From the human T2T-CHM13v2.0 reference genome, Homo sapiens: a DNA stretch of 64,000 nt. Where the stretch lies: NCBI RefSeq assembly GCF_009914755.1, contig NC_060941.1; one strand, 5' to 3'. Under the pieces are notes generated by a model. That model saw only the letters and a list, made by a program, of their open reading frames with translations. It had not been told where the DNA came from and did not search any database. The position numbers and the translations under genes are program-made. Every line of letters begins with the position of its first letter. Position 1 is the first letter of the stretch. This document shows, piece after piece, positions 63,071 through 64,000 of this stretch.

Positions 63071-64000
63071 ATACCTTTAGTTCAATTATCATCATTCCTA
63101 ATTTGCAGATGAATGAACTGAGGTTCAGGGAGGCTAATGACTTGTTCAAGGTCACAGACCAAGGACACGATAGAGTTGGAACTCAGGGTGGGCATCTGGG
63201 CTGACTGACACCACAGTCCACCTTGTGCTCTACAGCCACTAAGCACTGGGAGATGGTAGGGGAGCCGGCCCTAGTCAGAGTCAGGGGATAGGCAACAGTC
63301 TCTGCAGAGCCCCAGTAGCGACGGCAGCAATTGTGATGGGGACCCCCCTTTAAGACATGGAGAAGCATAGTGGAGTGGGGACAGGCAAGGACTTGAGGGC
63401 TGGGGGAGGTTTATGGACACTTCTTCTTGTGGATCGGCTGCAGATGAAGAGTCAAGCAGAAGAGTTGAGGGGGCAGGAGAGCAGGGACTGAGGGAGGCTG
63501 GGCTGTGCTAGGGGTTGACGGAGATAATGGTACCTGGTAAGTGTCCCATATTCACTAATATTACCCCAAGTACCATCTGCATTGTGGTTATCAATATTGA
63601 TTAGCCCTTCAATCTTGGAGATGGGCAGGGCTTATCTTCTGGGTGGGAGCAGCCTGGCAGCTAGGACTGGAGGCTCTGGGGCAGTGCCTGGGGAACTTGG
63701 TATGAAAGCCCCTCATTGCCCCTTCCTGGGCCTCCAGGAACATTCCCCACAGCCCTGGCCCTACACTGCTCCTGGACCACCTCGTGCAATTTTTCTCTAA
63801 TTTTAGGTGAAGGAACTGGAAAGGAGGTGGCTCTGATTCCTCCATATGGACCCTCGCCAGGGTTTAATGCCTACCCCCAGCTCCCAGAGCCCTTGACTGC
63901 AAGCTTGAGTTCTTCAGGGCTTCCCTCAGTCAGCTGCCCTTGGGCCACTCTCTTGGGGATACTCCTGTCATTCTCCTTGGACTAGAATATCCAGGCCTGG

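Overview
Human-type, Alu-dense genomic DNA, recognisable as the 17q21.2 DHX58-KAT2A-HSPB9-RAB5C-KCNH4 cluster. It holds the 5' end of DHX58/LGP2 (-), all of KAT2A/GCN5 (-; 18 exons reconstructed, 2514 nt, 837 aa), intronless HSPB9 (+), all of RAB5C (-; 216 aa, ~24 kb first intron) and the 3' part of KCNH4/Kv12.3 (-; 10 coding exons plus a probable non-coding terminal exon). Most ORF-track entries are Alu, antisense or low-complexity artefacts. The most unusual structure is at the DHX58 promoter: a ~450-bp tandem duplication of the ISRE promoter/first-exon unit whose junction contains a 63-bp inverted copy of KAT2A bromodomain coding sequence taken from ~1.4 kb away. Other points: a start-codon-bearing 17-nt RAB5C microexon next to a long UG tract, a minisatellite of decoy acceptors at KAT2A exon 8, the alternative donor that fits short GCN5, an in-frame stop-free KCNH4 intron, a KCNH4 3'UTR intron, and a collapsed 'ghost' Alu. 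Repeat boundaries and subfamily calls are by eye and approximate.
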